A stretch of DNA of 64,000 nucleotides from Gammaproteobacteria bacterium (lineage in GTDB: Bacteria > Pseudomonadota > Gammaproteobacteria > CAKMZV01): positions 1,112,131-1,176,130 of the forward strand of contig OZ255843.1 of NCBI GenBank assembly GCA_965277775.1, in the 5' to 3' direction. The position numbers were made by a program, and so were the translations under genes. How positions within the stretch are numbered: the stretch's first letter is position 1; every line of letters starts with the position of its first letter. Under the pieces are notes generated by a model. The model had not been told where the DNA came from. It worked only from the letters and a program-made list of their open reading frames with translations, and searched no databases. Shown one piece after another: positions 46,891 to 56,820 of this stretch.

Positions 46891-49800
46891 TTGCACTCAA
46901 TGATATTAAACACTTCCTGTTCTAAATCACCTGTATCTCAATTTTTCCTCGCTTTCATGAACGCAATCTCGCACGCATTCAAATCCGTGAATTGGCACAT
47001 GCTGAGTACAATAAGCACAACCTTGGTGCTATCAGCTTTATTGTCTGCTTGCGGTGGCGGAGGTGGCGGAGGTGGTGGCGGGAGTAGCGACGAAAATACG
47101 CCAGGGCCAACAGCGACATTTTCAATCATTGGCAGTCACTTGATCGTCAATGAAGATTTTGTTGGTGAGCAATTAGTTGCCACTGCAACAGATGCGACCG
47201 ATTTAACGGTCACTCAATCCACCACTGGCGTTGTCACTGTAACAGCCGCCACCTCAAGTGTCCTTGTATCAAGCATACTTAATGTCAATGGTGTAACCAC
47301 CCTATCCATTACCATCAACGATGGTATGGTGGTGACAACCACCCAATTGGTGGTCCAAGTGAATGCCGTGAACGATACACCAACTTTGACCATATTAAAC
47401 CCCGCAATCGTTCTAACTGAGGATTTTGCAGTGGCTACTTTTATCCGCACCATGACCTCAGATATTGAGGGTGATACCATCACTTTAACCGTGACCCAAC
47501 CAACCCCTCATATTGTCAATACAGCTGTGACAACCTCTGGCATTAGAATATCAAGCATCCCTGATGCCAATGGTACCGCCCTCTTAATCATTGAAGCCAG
47601 TGATGGCCAATTAAGTTCAACGGCTCAAGCGGTGGTGGTGGTGACAGCAGCCGTTGATACGCCAACCACCATGATTTCAAGCGCAATAATCACCCTTGAT
47701 GAAGATTTTTCGGGACCGATCGCCATTGCCACAGCAACTTCAGCAAATTCGGACCCATTGACTGTGACCTATACTGAGTCAAGTACTGGTATTGTGCAAG
47801 TTTCTATTGCAACAGGCGTGGTAAGCATTTCTAGTTTACCAAATGCCAATGGTGTGACCACCTTGACCATTACGGCTCAAGGCGGCGGCCGAACGAGTGT
47901 GCCCACCCAAGTGGTGGTACATATCACACCCGTTAACGACCCCCCGACTGTATCAGCGTCCTTGATGCAAGCCAACTTGCCTTTTAATTTTCAGCCATTC
48001 ACCATTCTAACGTCTGCCACCGATTTGGAGGATCAGGATCGTTTGCTAAACATAGTAACCGCTCTGTCCACCACAGGTGTGGTAACATTAACCACTGTTA
48101 CGGGCGGTATCCAATTAACACCTGGTACCAATACAAGGATGATACAAATGGTGACGACCACCACTTTATCAACGGCAACGTTTTCCACCACTTTGACCTT
48201 GACAGTAACCGATAGCAGTGGTGCGCTTTCAATTTTACAGATCCCCGTAGTAGTGAGCCGTATGAGCAACACCCTACTGACCATCACAACAGCGGTCAAA
48301 ACCATTCATTTATCATGGCCTGCTGTGCCTGGGGCAAGCTACTATCGTCTGTTGACCGACTTGGGTCGTGGCGGTGGTTTTGTCGATGCCAGCACCGCTG
48401 GCTTGATTGTTTCGCCCAATAGCGCCAATATCATGGCAACCACCGCCCAAATAGATGTGAGTTTGCACTACTATATTCCTTCGGTGAATGACCCTCAATT
48501 TCTCATTCAAAGCTGTACCAACACTGGCGTGTGTACGTCGCATGTATTCGGCTTTTTAAGCAATGCAGCGGTGAGCGGATTAAGCGGTCAAATCGATATC
48601 AGCAATATACCCAGTTTTGGTACGGTTCAATATCGACTGAGTGATGATGGTCTTACGCTGGCGGCTGGATACCCACTAGAAGACGGGGCTTCAACGGGCA
48701 TCAATAATATTTCTACAGGCGTTAGCATTAATTCTGGTGCAGTATATGTTTATACCCGCAACAGTAGCACTGATGCTTGGACTCAACAGGCTTATATTAA
48801 GGCGAGTAATACACAGCTAGGTGGTTCATTTGGCGCAGCCATTGCACTGAGTGCTGATGGCAATACCCTGGTGGTTGGTTCACCCAGCGAAGACTCTATA
48901 GGCTCAGGTGTCGATGGTGACCAAACCACACTTGCTCCTGTTCTTCCTACTCATTTGAATACTGTATATCTTGGGGCAGCTTACGCCTTTACCCGCAATG
49001 CTGCTGGGGTGTGGCGTCAGCAGGCTTATATAAAACCAAGTTATGTGGAATCTGAATTCATTATTGACCCAACAAATCAATTAGGAGATCGATTTGGCCA
49101 AGTTGTTGCACTGAGCGCTGATGGTAATACCCTTGCGGTGGTTGCGCCAAATGAGGGTAGTTCAGCCACAGGTATCAATGGTGATCAGACAAATAATGGT
49201 GCAGCGAGATCTGGCGCAGTCTATGCATTTGCACGAAACAGTTCAGGCGTTTGGACTGAACAAGCCTATATAAAAGCGAGCAATCCAGACTCTGGAGATA
49301 AATTTGGCGAGAACATTGCCCTGAGCAATGATGGCAATACCCTTGCGGTGGGTGTGCCGTTTGAGGATAGTTCAGCGACGGTGATCAACGGTGATGGGAC
49401 AAATAATGGTGCATCGAACTCTGGTGCAATCTATGTATTTACACGAACTAGTTCAGCCGTTTGGACTCAACAAGCCTATATAAAAGCACGCCATTCAGTC
49501 GCTGAGTCCCTTTTTGGCGATAAAATGGCTCTGAGCGGTCAAGGTCATACATTGGTTGCTGGACTAGAATCATCCTCCCTAGATTCCACTCAAAGAGGTC
49601 CTGTGTATGTCTTTGTACGCATTGGCGGTGCTTGGGTTCAACAAGCTAGGCTTATTGTGACCGATGGTCTCCCTTTACTTCGTCCAAATTTTGCTCTGAA
49701 CGATGATGGCAATTTACTTGTTGCGGACTCAGCATCAGGATCTTCTATCGGACTACATGAGATTTACGTTTATACACGCAATTTCGTCGGTGGAACAGCT

Positions 49801-49914
49801 AATTGGCTCCATCATGGTCAACTACAAAGCAGTTCACAAGGAAGAATAGACATCCCTGCTTTAGATTTGATTGGTGATGGTAGAGCCTTTAGAAGAAATT
49901 TTGAACTCTACTAA
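46891..49914 (+). CDS. Large surface lipoprotein, paralogous in architecture to the giant adhesin. It has a lipobox, a Gly10 linker, Ig/cadherin-like VNDxPT repeats, an Fn3-like module and an FG-GAP propeller. The true start is somewhere in 46891..46999
   Basis: LSALLSAC lipobox followed by GGGGGGGGGG. VNAVNDTPT and ITPVNDPPT repeat junctions. GxFGAAIALSADGNTLVVGS-type repeats about 7 times. The PQF...C...C segment is shared with the first protein. Confidence 0.85.
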   Translation: MHSMILNTSCSKSPVSQFFLAFMNAISHAFKSVNWHMLSTISTTLVLSALLSACGGGGGGGGGGSSDENTPGPTATFSIIGSHLIVNEDFVGEQLVATATDATDLTVTQSTTGVVTVTAATSSVLVSSILNVNGVTTLSITINDGMVVTTTQLVVQVNAVNDTPTLTILNPAIVLTEDFAVATFIRTMTSDIEGDTITLTVTQPTPHIVNTAVTTSGIRISSIPDANGTALLIIEASDGQLSSTAQAVVVVTAAVDTPTTMISSAIITLDEDFSGPIAIATATSANSDPLTVTYTESSTGIVQVSIATGVVSISSLPNANGVTTLTITAQGGGRTSVPTQVVVHITPVNDPPTVSASLMQANLPFNFQPFTILTSATDLEDQDRLLNIVTALSTTGVVTLTTVTGGIQLTPGTNTRMIQMVTTTTLSTATFSTTLTLTVTDSSGALSILQIPVVVSRMSNTLLTITTAVKTIHLSWPAVPGASYYRLLTDLGRGGGFVDASTAGLIVSPNSANIMATTAQIDVSLHYYIPSVNDPQFLIQSCTNTGVCTSHVFGFLSNAAVSGLSGQIDISNIPSFGTVQYRLSDDGLTLAAGYPLEDGASTGINNISTGVSINSGAVYVYTRNSSTDAWTQQAYIKASNTQLGGSFGAAIALSADGNTLVVGSPSEDSIGSGVDGDQTTLAPVLPTHLNTVYLGAAYAFTRNAAGVWRQQAYIKPSYVESEFIIDPTNQLGDRFGQVVALSADGNTLAVVAPNEGSSATGINGDQTNNGAARSGAVYAFARNSSGVWTEQAYIKASNPDSGDKFGENIALSNDGNTLAVGVPFEDSSATVINGDGTNNGASNSGAIYVFTRTSSAVWTQQAYIKARHSVAESLFGDKMALSGQGHTLVAGLESSSLDSTQRGPVYVFVRIGGAWVQQARLIVTDGLPLLRPNFALNDDGNLLVADSASGSSIGLHEIYVYTRNFVGGTANWLHHGQLQSSSQGRIDIPALDLIGDGRAFRRNFELY

Positions 49915-50371
49915 TCTATATCACGGCCACAAAGATGCGGTGAAATAGCGAACAACAATCTGGTCGTGCCCACGATTTATAAGTACCAGCATGGCATCTT
50001 CAGCAATAAACTAATCGCCTTTGGTGATGCGCTTTTTTAACAGGAATTACGTAACATCTTGCGTGGCGGTCGTCAGATGAGTGAGCGCGCCAATAATTCA
50101 CCAAGAACATCAAATCCAACGCCCAAGCAGTTATCGAATCGCTTCTCTTTTAAACTGCGTACTGGAAAAATAGAAAAATCCTAATCCCTGCTCCAATCAC
50201 GCATCATTATTACAGGTACTAAAACGATTTTTGAAATTACACCAGAAACAGTAGCAATAGTGGCGCCCTTCATAGCAGCCATAGAAGTTGTTATAAGCAA
50301 TATTATAAACAGTGAAAGTTTAGGAAAAAATTGAAGTATTAAAAGATCAGTTTGTTACATTATCTAACAAG

Positions 50372-50758
50372 TTGCATCAACTCATAGGTCATTATCAGGC
50401 AACGATAAACATCCCTCTTGATATGCACGGAATTAAAACAGCTGGAAAATCAAGCCCTCTTACGGAACACGGATTGAAAATTGCCAAGAATATCAGAGCA
50501 TCTGATACAGTCGGTAAATACATTGACCGCGTTAGACCGAAGATACCCAACGATGCAAACAAATTAAAAATTCAACAGGTCTGCTTTGATTATGCCTTTT
50601 CAGAACTCATGAACATAATGGAACAGGATAAACGATCAACAGTAGCGAAAGCAATTTATAAAGGGAGCGGTAATTACCAAGAAATTCTAATCATTTATGG
50701 CATTTTGTTCAGAGATAGCATATTCAAAACAAAAGGGAACTTTAAGCGCCTCCACTAA
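50372..50758 (+). CDS. Hypothetical protein (uncertain; non-ATG start, AT-rich context)
   Basis: 128-codon ORF with no recognisable motif and no clear RBS. The frame is open upstream only to a TAG. Confidence 0.3.
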   Translation: MHQLIGHYQATINIPLDMHGIKTAGKSSPLTEHGLKIAKNIRASDTVGKYIDRVRPKIPNDANKLKIQQVCFDYAFSELMNIMEQDKRSTVAKAIYKGSGNYQEILIIYGILFRDSIFKTKGNFKRLH

Positions 50759-50774
50759 AATTCAGCTTGTGGCA

Positions 50775-51113
50775 TCAGGTATATAATGCCCAAAAATAAA
50801 GCCCGAGGAAAAAACTCCACGCCAACAATACGCTCAATAACAGATGGCGTCTTAAGGGGTAAAGAATCAGCAAGAAAAAAACCAATCCACCGATCCGAAT
50901 CCACCATTCAACGTTCTGCAAAACGGTTGAGGGTAGAACGACCATCCGAATAACGATGGCGCTGACCGTCGCATAGGCAATGTATTTACACCATAAGATT
51001 ATGGGCGCCGTCGGACTGAGATTTTTGCTCAGGCGTACCCCAAGAAAACGCCAAAAATAGCTGCCCGCAGCGGCGCCAAAAATAGCAATCCAAATGGCGG
51101 TCTCAGTGCTCAT
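50775..51113 (-). CDS. azlD: AzlD-family branched-chain amino acid transport protein. The start is taken at MSTETAIW
   Basis: About 112-aa, 4-TM protein overlapping the azlC stop by 11 nt. The AzlC-AzlD pairing is characteristic. Confidence 0.7.
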   Translation of the reverse strand: MSTETAIWIAIFGAAAGSYFWRFLGVRLSKNLSPTAPIILWCKYIAYATVSAIVIRMVVLPSTVLQNVEWWIRIGGLVFFLLILYPLRRHLLLSVLLAWSFFLGLYFWALYT

Positions 51114-51861
51114 GAGTGGCGTCCTTAGACGTATAAAAGTAAACGCCTGTTCCCACCACAATACCGGCAAATATAACCCCCCAGGTTGGCATAACAAGGG
51201 TAAAAATAATGCCGAGTAAACCCCCGCCTATGATACTCAATAGGACGGGTTTTTCTGTATCATTGACGAGCATGAGTGCCATGAGATAGATGGGGTTAAT
51301 GTAGGTTAATAAGGCGAGCCACTCTGGTGTTACGCGGTTGGCAATATAATAACCAATCATGGTGCATGCACAGGACAAGCACCACAGAGCAACACTAAAA
51401 GTGAGGAAAAATCGCATTCGATCGACAGGGTCAATGCGCTTATAAACGCCCATGTACGAAACCCAACCGGTAATGGCCACAAAAAATGCCGCCACATTCA
51501 ACTGCCAGGCGGGGGCGTGCTGACCGATGTGGGGAGATAAAACCATAGCCATTGGAATAAACCGAATGTTGGCCAGCATCACGGCAACCCAAACAGAAAA
51601 CAACGAACTGCCAATTAAAAACTGATCAACCAGAACAATCTGCGCCGGCATGGCATAGATGGTAAAGGTGGAGAAGAAGGCCTGCATTGGACTAAAATTT
51701 GCCGTGGACAATAAAATGCCAAGAATAATGAAGCTTGAGCCCAAGCCGATGCCTCGGTGCAAAGCATAGCGAACCCCAAAACTTAATAACTGCCCAGCTT
51801 GAAGTTTGTCGTTGTTGTCCATATAATAATTAGATACTAAAAGGTTTGTAACGCGTTCCAT
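51103..51861 (-). CDS. azlC: AzlC-family branched-chain amino acid permease component
   Basis: 252-aa polytopic protein followed by overlapping azlD. The N-terminal start is uncertain (an alternative Met lies 13 codons in). Confidence 0.7.
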   Translation of the reverse strand: MERVTNLLVSNYYMDNNDKLQAGQLLSFGVRYALHRGIGLGSSFIILGILLSTANFSPMQAFFSTFTIYAMPAQIVLVDQFLIGSSLFSVWVAVMLANIRFIPMAMVLSPHIGQHAPAWQLNVAAFFVAITGWVSYMGVYKRIDPVDRMRFFLTFSVALWCLSCACTMIGYYIANRVTPEWLALLTYINPIYLMALMLVNDTEKPVLLSIIGGGLLGIIFTLVMPTWGVIFAGIVVGTGVYFYTSKDATHEH

Positions 51862-51922
51862 GACAGGGCATAGGATGAGACATTCACCAGCCTCTGTGGT
51901 CTCTGCTACGGGTGGCGCCGTT

Positions 51923-51950
51923 ATTGATCTTTGTCAGTGTGCCCATTATA
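51923..51950 (+). promoter_or_regulatory. Candidate sigma32 (heat-shock) type promoter upstream of hslU
   Basis: aTTGATc - 13 nt - CCCATTAT resembles the sigma32 consensus cTTGAAA / CCCCATnT. It lies about 70 nt upstream of the hslU ATG. Confidence 0.3.
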
Positions 51951-52016
51951 TTTAGCTTTGGGTACATTGTGCATACAATGAAGGCGATTAAACGCGCACG
52001 CACCGTGAGAAAAAAT

Positions 52017-53351
52017 ATGTCGATCATGACACCCCGAGAAATTGTTTCCCAATTAGACCGTCACATTATTGGACAAGATGAAGCCAAACGCGCTGTGTCC
52101 ATAGCGCTTCGTAATCGTTGGCGACGCCAACAAGTTGATGAAGCATTGCAAGCTGAGATCATGCCTAAAAATATCCTTTTGATTGGTCCTACGGGTGTTG
52201 GTAAGACAGAAATCGCTCGAAGATTGGCCAAGTTAGTCCACGCGCCCTTTATCAAGGTAGAAGCGACCAAATTTACCCAAATTGGCTATGTGGGTAAGGA
52301 CGTTGATTCTATCATTCGCGATTTGGTGTTAATTTCACAAACTCAAACGCGCGAAAAAGCCATTGAGGAAGCTCAACCCAAAGCCGAACTTGCCGCAGAA
52401 GAAGCCTTGTTGGATTTGTTGTTGCCTCCAATTACCACAACCAGTGTCACAGATGACTTGGACTCTCATGAAAAATCCCGAAAAACCCGAGAAAAGTTGC
52501 GGATTCAATTACGCAATAACGCCTTAGACGATAAATTGATCGAAATACAGTCGGACGTAACGCCCAAAATTCAATTGCAGGGTGCACCAGGCATGGAAGA
52601 AATGGCCGAACAGCTTCAAGAAATGTTTGGCAACATGAAGTCTAAAAAGAAAACGCGCAAAGTCAAAGTCAAAGATGCTTGGAAAGTATTGATCGACCAA
52701 GAGGCGGCCAAATTGATTGATGAGGAAGAAATTCGTCTTGAAGCCGTGCGCAATGCCGAACAAAATGGCATCATTTTCATCGACGAATTCGATAAGATCA
52801 CCCGAAATAGTAACAATAATCACAGTGGCGATGTTTCGCACGAAGGCGTTCAGAGAGATTTATTGCCCCTCATTGAAGGGTGTACCGTTAATACAAAATT
52901 AGGCAACATGAAGACCGACCACATGCTTTTCATTGCCTCTGGCGCATTCCACAACAGCAAACCAAGCGACCTTATTGCTGAAATTCAAGGCCGTTTGCCC
53001 ATCCGCGTAGAGCTGAAAACGCTCAGCGTTGACGATTTTGAAAAAATTCTCAAAGAACCCAAACATTCTTTGCCTGAGCAATACTCCGCGCTCTTAGGCG
53101 CTGATGGTGTCAAGCTGCAATGGCGTCCTGAAGGCATTCGTCGATTGGCTGAGATTGCCTGGGAAATCAATGACCGTCAAGAAAACATTGGCGCAAGAAG
53201 ATTACACACCGTTCTCGAACGCTTATTGAACAACATTTCCTTTGCCGCGCCTGATCACCAGCAGCCAGAATTAGTCATTGACGAAGCCATGGCCAATGAG
53301 CAGTTAGAATCTTTGGCCAAAGACGTGGATTTGAGTCATTATATTTTATGA
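52017..53351 (+). CDS. hslU: ATP-dependent protease ATPase subunit HslU. The start is at [10 protein letters not shown], not the longer track ORF
   Basis: Near-identity to the E. coli HslU N-terminus ([34 protein letters not shown]). Walker [16 protein letters not shown] and Walker [11 protein letters not shown]. Confidence 0.95.
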   Translation: MSIMTPREIVSQLDRHIIGQDEAKRAVSIALRNRWRRQQVDEALQAEIMPKNILLIGPTGVGKTEIARRLAKLVHAPFIKVEATKFTQIGYVGKDVDSIIRDLVLISQTQTREKAIEEAQPKAELAAEEALLDLLLPPITTTSVTDDLDSHEKSRKTREKLRIQLRNNALDDKLIEIQSDVTPKIQLQGAPGMEEMAEQLQEMFGNMKSKKKTRKVKVKDAWKVLIDQEAAKLIDEEEIRLEAVRNAEQNGIIFIDEFDKITRNSNNNHSGDVSHEGVQRDLLPLIEGCTVNTKLGNMKTDHMLFIASGAFHNSKPSDLIAEIQGRLPIRVELKTLSVDDFEKILKEPKHSLPEQYSALLGADGVKLQWRPEGIRRLAEIAWEINDRQENIGARRLHTVLERLLNNISFAAPDHQQPELVIDEAMANEQLESLAKDVDLSHYIL

Positions 53352-53722
53352 GTACCACTTCCCCTGTTCCAGAAACGCTTCGCTTGAACAAAGAGAAGAA
53401 CGTTTTGACCGTTGAATTTGCCGATCAAAGTTACGCCTTGCGGGCAGAATTTCTAAGAGTGCTTTCCCCTTCGGCTGAAGTTCAAGGACACAGTCCAAGC
53501 ACGGCAACCCTACAATTGGGCAAACAAGCGGTTAAAATTCAAGCCTTGGAGCCCGTTGGACAATACGGCATAAAGATTGTTTTTGATGATGGACACGATA
53601 CGGGTATTTACGCTTGGGATACGCTTTACGATTATGGCAAGAATGCCGATGCCTATTGGCACAAGTATTTAAAGCAAGTAGAACAACACAGATCAAACAA
53701 CGGACAATTCAAAGCCCTTTAA
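53348..53722 (+). CDS. DUF971 (gamma-butyrobetaine hydroxylase N-terminal-like) protein
   Basis: [15 protein letters not shown] ... [28 protein letters not shown] matches the DUF971 pattern. ATGA overlap with hslU. Confidence 0.7.
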   Translation: MSTTSPVPETLRLNKEKNVLTVEFADQSYALRAEFLRVLSPSAEVQGHSPSTATLQLGKQAVKIQALEPVGQYGIKIVFDDGHDTGIYAWDTLYDYGKNADAYWHKYLKQVEQHRSNNGQFKAL

Positions 53723-53744
53723 CAAAACATTTGAACGAATAAAT

Positions 53745-54488
53745 ATGAATAAAACCACCGATTTTGGCTTTGAACAAGTCCCCATCGACGAAAAAGTCAA
53801 ACGCGTGCGCTCGGTTTTTGACTCAGTCGCGCCAAAATATGATTTGATGAATGACTTAATGTCTTTTGGTATTCATCGTCTGTGGAAGAATTTCACCGTC
53901 GATTTTTGCCGTCCCGCTGCAGATGCCCACATCTTGGATTTGGCTGGCGGTACTGGCGACATTGCCAATAGACTGGCGCCTTTTTTAAATGCAAATGGGC
54001 GAATCACCATTGCCGACATCAACGAAAAAATGCTGGCTGTGGGCATGGAGAGATTGGCAAACATCAACCATTGCCCCATCGAATTTGTACTGGCGGATGC
54101 CGAGTCCTTGCCCTTTCCCGAACAGCAGTTTGACTTAATCACCATGGCATTCGGCTTGCGCAATGTGACGAATAAACAGCAAGCACTCAATGAAATGCGA
54201 CGTTGTTTAAAACCAGGCGGTAAAGCGATCATCTTGGAATTTTCCAAGGTCAATACCGAGCTACTGAGCAAGGCTTATGATTTTTATAGCTTCCAAGTCC
54301 TCCCGCGCTTAGGCAAAGCTGTGTTGGATGATGAAAACAGTTATAGATACTTGGCTGAATCCATTCGCAAGCACCCAGACCAAGTGTGCCTCAAAAACAT
54401 GCTAGATGAGGCTGGTTTTAGTCACAGTGGCTTCCTCAATCTAAATGATGGCATTGTAGCCATCCATTACGGCTATGTCGCTCATTAA
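53745..54488 (+). CDS. ubiE: Ubiquinone/menaquinone biosynthesis C-methyltransferase
   Basis: FGFEQVPIDEKVKRVRSVFDSVAPKYDLMNDLMSFGIHRLWK and SAM motif LDLAGGTGD. C-terminal GIVAIHYGY. Confidence 0.95.
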   Translation: MNKTTDFGFEQVPIDEKVKRVRSVFDSVAPKYDLMNDLMSFGIHRLWKNFTVDFCRPAADAHILDLAGGTGDIANRLAPFLNANGRITIADINEKMLAVGMERLANINHCPIEFVLADAESLPFPEQQFDLITMAFGLRNVTNKQQALNEMRRCLKPGGKAIILEFSKVNTELLSKAYDFYSFQVLPRLGKAVLDDENSYRYLAESIRKHPDQVCLKNMLDEAGFSHSGFLNLNDGIVAIHYGYVAH

Positions 54489-54960
54489 GCTGGACGCCGT
54501 GGTTAATGCTTTGCTCAGCTATGATTTAGCTGCGCAAAAACGACTGCAACAACTCGACCAGCAATCGCTCAACTGGGTGATTGAAAATTGGGGCATTAAC
54601 CTTATTGTGCGCGTTGAACAAGGCGCCCTTACTATTGACATGAAAACCGCTGAAACCACCTGTTTCATTAAAGCCTCACCGCAAACGCTCAAAAAAATAG
54701 CACAAGACGAATTGAGCGAAGATTTGCGCAAAAACCTTCAATTTAGCGGAAGTTATCAGACAATCATTGATTTTGCCTGCCTTTTAACAACACCAAACAT
54801 TGATTGGGCATCTTTGTTAAGTGACTATGTGCCGGCTTTTGCGGTCAATGAAGCACAGCGCAAGAAAAACGCTATAGAAGCGACGATAATGCAAAAATGG
54901 CAACACCTTAAACAGGATTGGCAGGATCACCAAAAAGCGCAAGCTTCTCGCAGACCATAA
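54475..54960 (+). CDS. ubiJ: SCP2-domain ubiquinone biosynthesis accessory factor UbiJ-like
   Basis: Position overlapping the ubiE stop. Collinear by eye with E. coli UbiJ/YigP (N-terminal AxxNxLL, central SCP2-like region, helical C-terminus). Shorter at 161 aa. Confidence 0.55.
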   Translation: MSLIKLDAVVNALLSYDLAAQKRLQQLDQQSLNWVIENWGINLIVRVEQGALTIDMKTAETTCFIKASPQTLKKIAQDELSEDLRKNLQFSGSYQTIIDFACLLTTPNIDWASLLSDYVPAFAVNEAQRKKNAIEATIMQKWQHLKQDWQDHQKAQASRRP

Positions 54961-54972
54961 AGAAAAACAAGC

Positions 54973-56229
54973 CTACGATTGCGCCAGTTCAATCATGGTT
55001 GTGGTAAGTTGTTCTAACTCTGATTCTCTGATAATATAAGGTGGCATGGCATAAAGCAAGCGCCCAAAAGGGCGCAACCACACGCCGTTTTTTAATAATA
55101 CCCGTGTGACGTGTTCTGGATCCAGAGGTTTTTTAAGCTCAATCACCCCAATGGCTCCAATCACTCGCACATCGATGACCTGTTCACATTGCCTCAACGG
55201 CAACAGCTGGCTTTTGAAATGTTGCTCAATGGCTTGCACTTGGGTCATCCAAACTTGGCTTTTCAACAGTTCAAGGCTGGCAAGCGCAATGCGACACGCC
55301 AAAGGATTGCCCATAAACGTCGGACCGTGCATGAGCAAACCGGGCTCCCCTTGACCGATCTTCAAAGCAATGTGATTGGTGCAAAGCGTTGCGGCCAAAC
55401 TCATGACCCCGCCCGTTAATGCCTTGCCTACACACATAATATCTGGGCGAATGTTTGCATGTTCACAGGCAAAATATTTGCCCGTGCGTCCAAATCCAGT
55501 AGCAATTTCATCTGCAATCAACAATATGTCATTTTCGTCGCAAATTCGTCGAAGTTTAGCCAAATATTCTGCACGATAGACCCTCATTCCGCCAGCACCT
55601 TGAACGATTGGTTCAACAATTATGGCGGCAATTTGATCTTTACTTGCTTTAACGGCTTGCTCAACCGCCAAAAGGTCATCGTCGTTTGGCTCCTGTCCCA
55701 AACCATAGGGTCTATCAACAAAAATATGTTTATATAGAAAGCCTTGAAAATGCTGGTGCATGCCGTTTACGGGGTCACAAATGGCCATGGTTGCAAAAGT
55801 ATCACCGTGATAACCACCCCGAATGGTTAATAATTTTTGCTTGGGTTGATGCTGAGCTTGCCAGTACTGTAAGGCCATTTTGATGGCAACTTCGACCGCT
55901 ACCGAACCACTGTCACACAGAAACACGCGATCCAATCCTGTGACAGCAGCCAATTGTTGAGCAAGGCTAACCGCCGGTCGATGGGTCAGACCCCCAAACA
56001 TGACGTGCGGCATTTGAGCCAATTGTTCAGAGGCGGCCGCCAATAGAGTGGGGTGATTGTAGCCGTGGATGGCCGCCCACCACGAGGACATGCCATCGAC
56101 CAGCGTTTGGCCCGACTCTAAATAGAGCTTGCAGCCCTGTGTCCGTTCAACCAATAAGGGAGGGGGATGTCCAATGGGTTTGGCGTAGGGGTGGATAACA
56201 TGGGCAGAATCCTGTTCAATGACGTTCAA
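54973..56229 (-). CDS. bioA: Adenosylmethionine-8-amino-7-oxononanoate aminotransferase
   Basis: Class-III aminotransferase with WWAAIHGYNHP, DEIATGFGRTGK and the PLP lysine in CVGKALTGG. Confidence 0.9.
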   Translation of the reverse strand: MNVIEQDSAHVIHPYAKPIGHPPPLLVERTQGCKLYLESGQTLVDGMSSWWAAIHGYNHPTLLAAASEQLAQMPHVMFGGLTHRPAVSLAQQLAAVTGLDRVFLCDSGSVAVEVAIKMALQYWQAQHQPKQKLLTIRGGYHGDTFATMAICDPVNGMHQHFQGFLYKHIFVDRPYGLGQEPNDDDLLAVEQAVKASKDQIAAIIVEPIVQGAGGMRVYRAEYLAKLRRICDENDILLIADEIATGFGRTGKYFACEHANIRPDIMCVGKALTGGVMSLAATLCTNHIALKIGQGEPGLLMHGPTFMGNPLACRIALASLELLKSQVWMTQVQAIEQHFKSQLLPLRQCEQVIDVRVIGAIGVIELKKPLDPEHVTRVLLKNGVWLRPFGRLLYAMPPYIIRESELEQLTTTMIELAQS

Positions 56230-56750
56230 GACGACAACTCAAATTCTTCTATGATTTGCTCAATCCAGTCGTCTAATCGAGATTCCGATAGCTCAGGCTG
56301 CTGATCATCGTCCAAAGCCAGTCCTACAAAAAACAGATTGTCTTCTGTGACCGCCTTCGATGCCTCAAAATCAAAACCATTGGTCGATACATATCCACAA
56401 GGCGTTGCACCATTGCTGACCGCTATATCGTGTGTTAGCCCCATGGCGTCCAAGAAATATTCGGCATAATCGTATTGATCCCCCAAGCCAAAACAAGCCA
56501 CGGTTTTATTGGAAAAATCGATGGTTTTAAATTGTTCCCAGAAATCCTCCCAGTGGCTCTGGAGTTCTCCATAGTACCAAGTAGGATGACCAAGTATAAT
56601 ATAGTCGTACGGAGCGAATTGAGACTCACTGACTGTGGCCATGTCCAATAAATCAACCTTTGCTTTTCCTGTCAGCCGTTGTTGAATTTCTTGGGCAACT
56701 CTTTCACTGTTTCCCGTATCTGTGCCGTAAAATAAACCGATTGTTTTCAT
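56226..56750 (-). CDS. fldA: Long-chain flavodoxin
   Basis: IGLFYGTDTGNSERVA FMN-phosphate loop, GHPTWYYGELQ, and about 174 aa with the long-chain insertion. Confidence 0.9.
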   Translation of the reverse strand: MKTIGLFYGTDTGNSERVAQEIQQRLTGKAKVDLLDMATVSESQFAPYDYIILGHPTWYYGELQSHWEDFWEQFKTIDFSNKTVACFGLGDQYDYAEYFLDAMGLTHDIAVSNGATPCGYVSTNGFDFEASKAVTEDNLFFVGLALDDDQQPELSESRLDDWIEQIIEEFELSS

Positions 56751-56820
56751 GCGCTTATTTTATCAGCCAGCCCCGCTTTGAAAGAATATATATGCCTTTA
56801 AATACGACCATCCAAATCAA

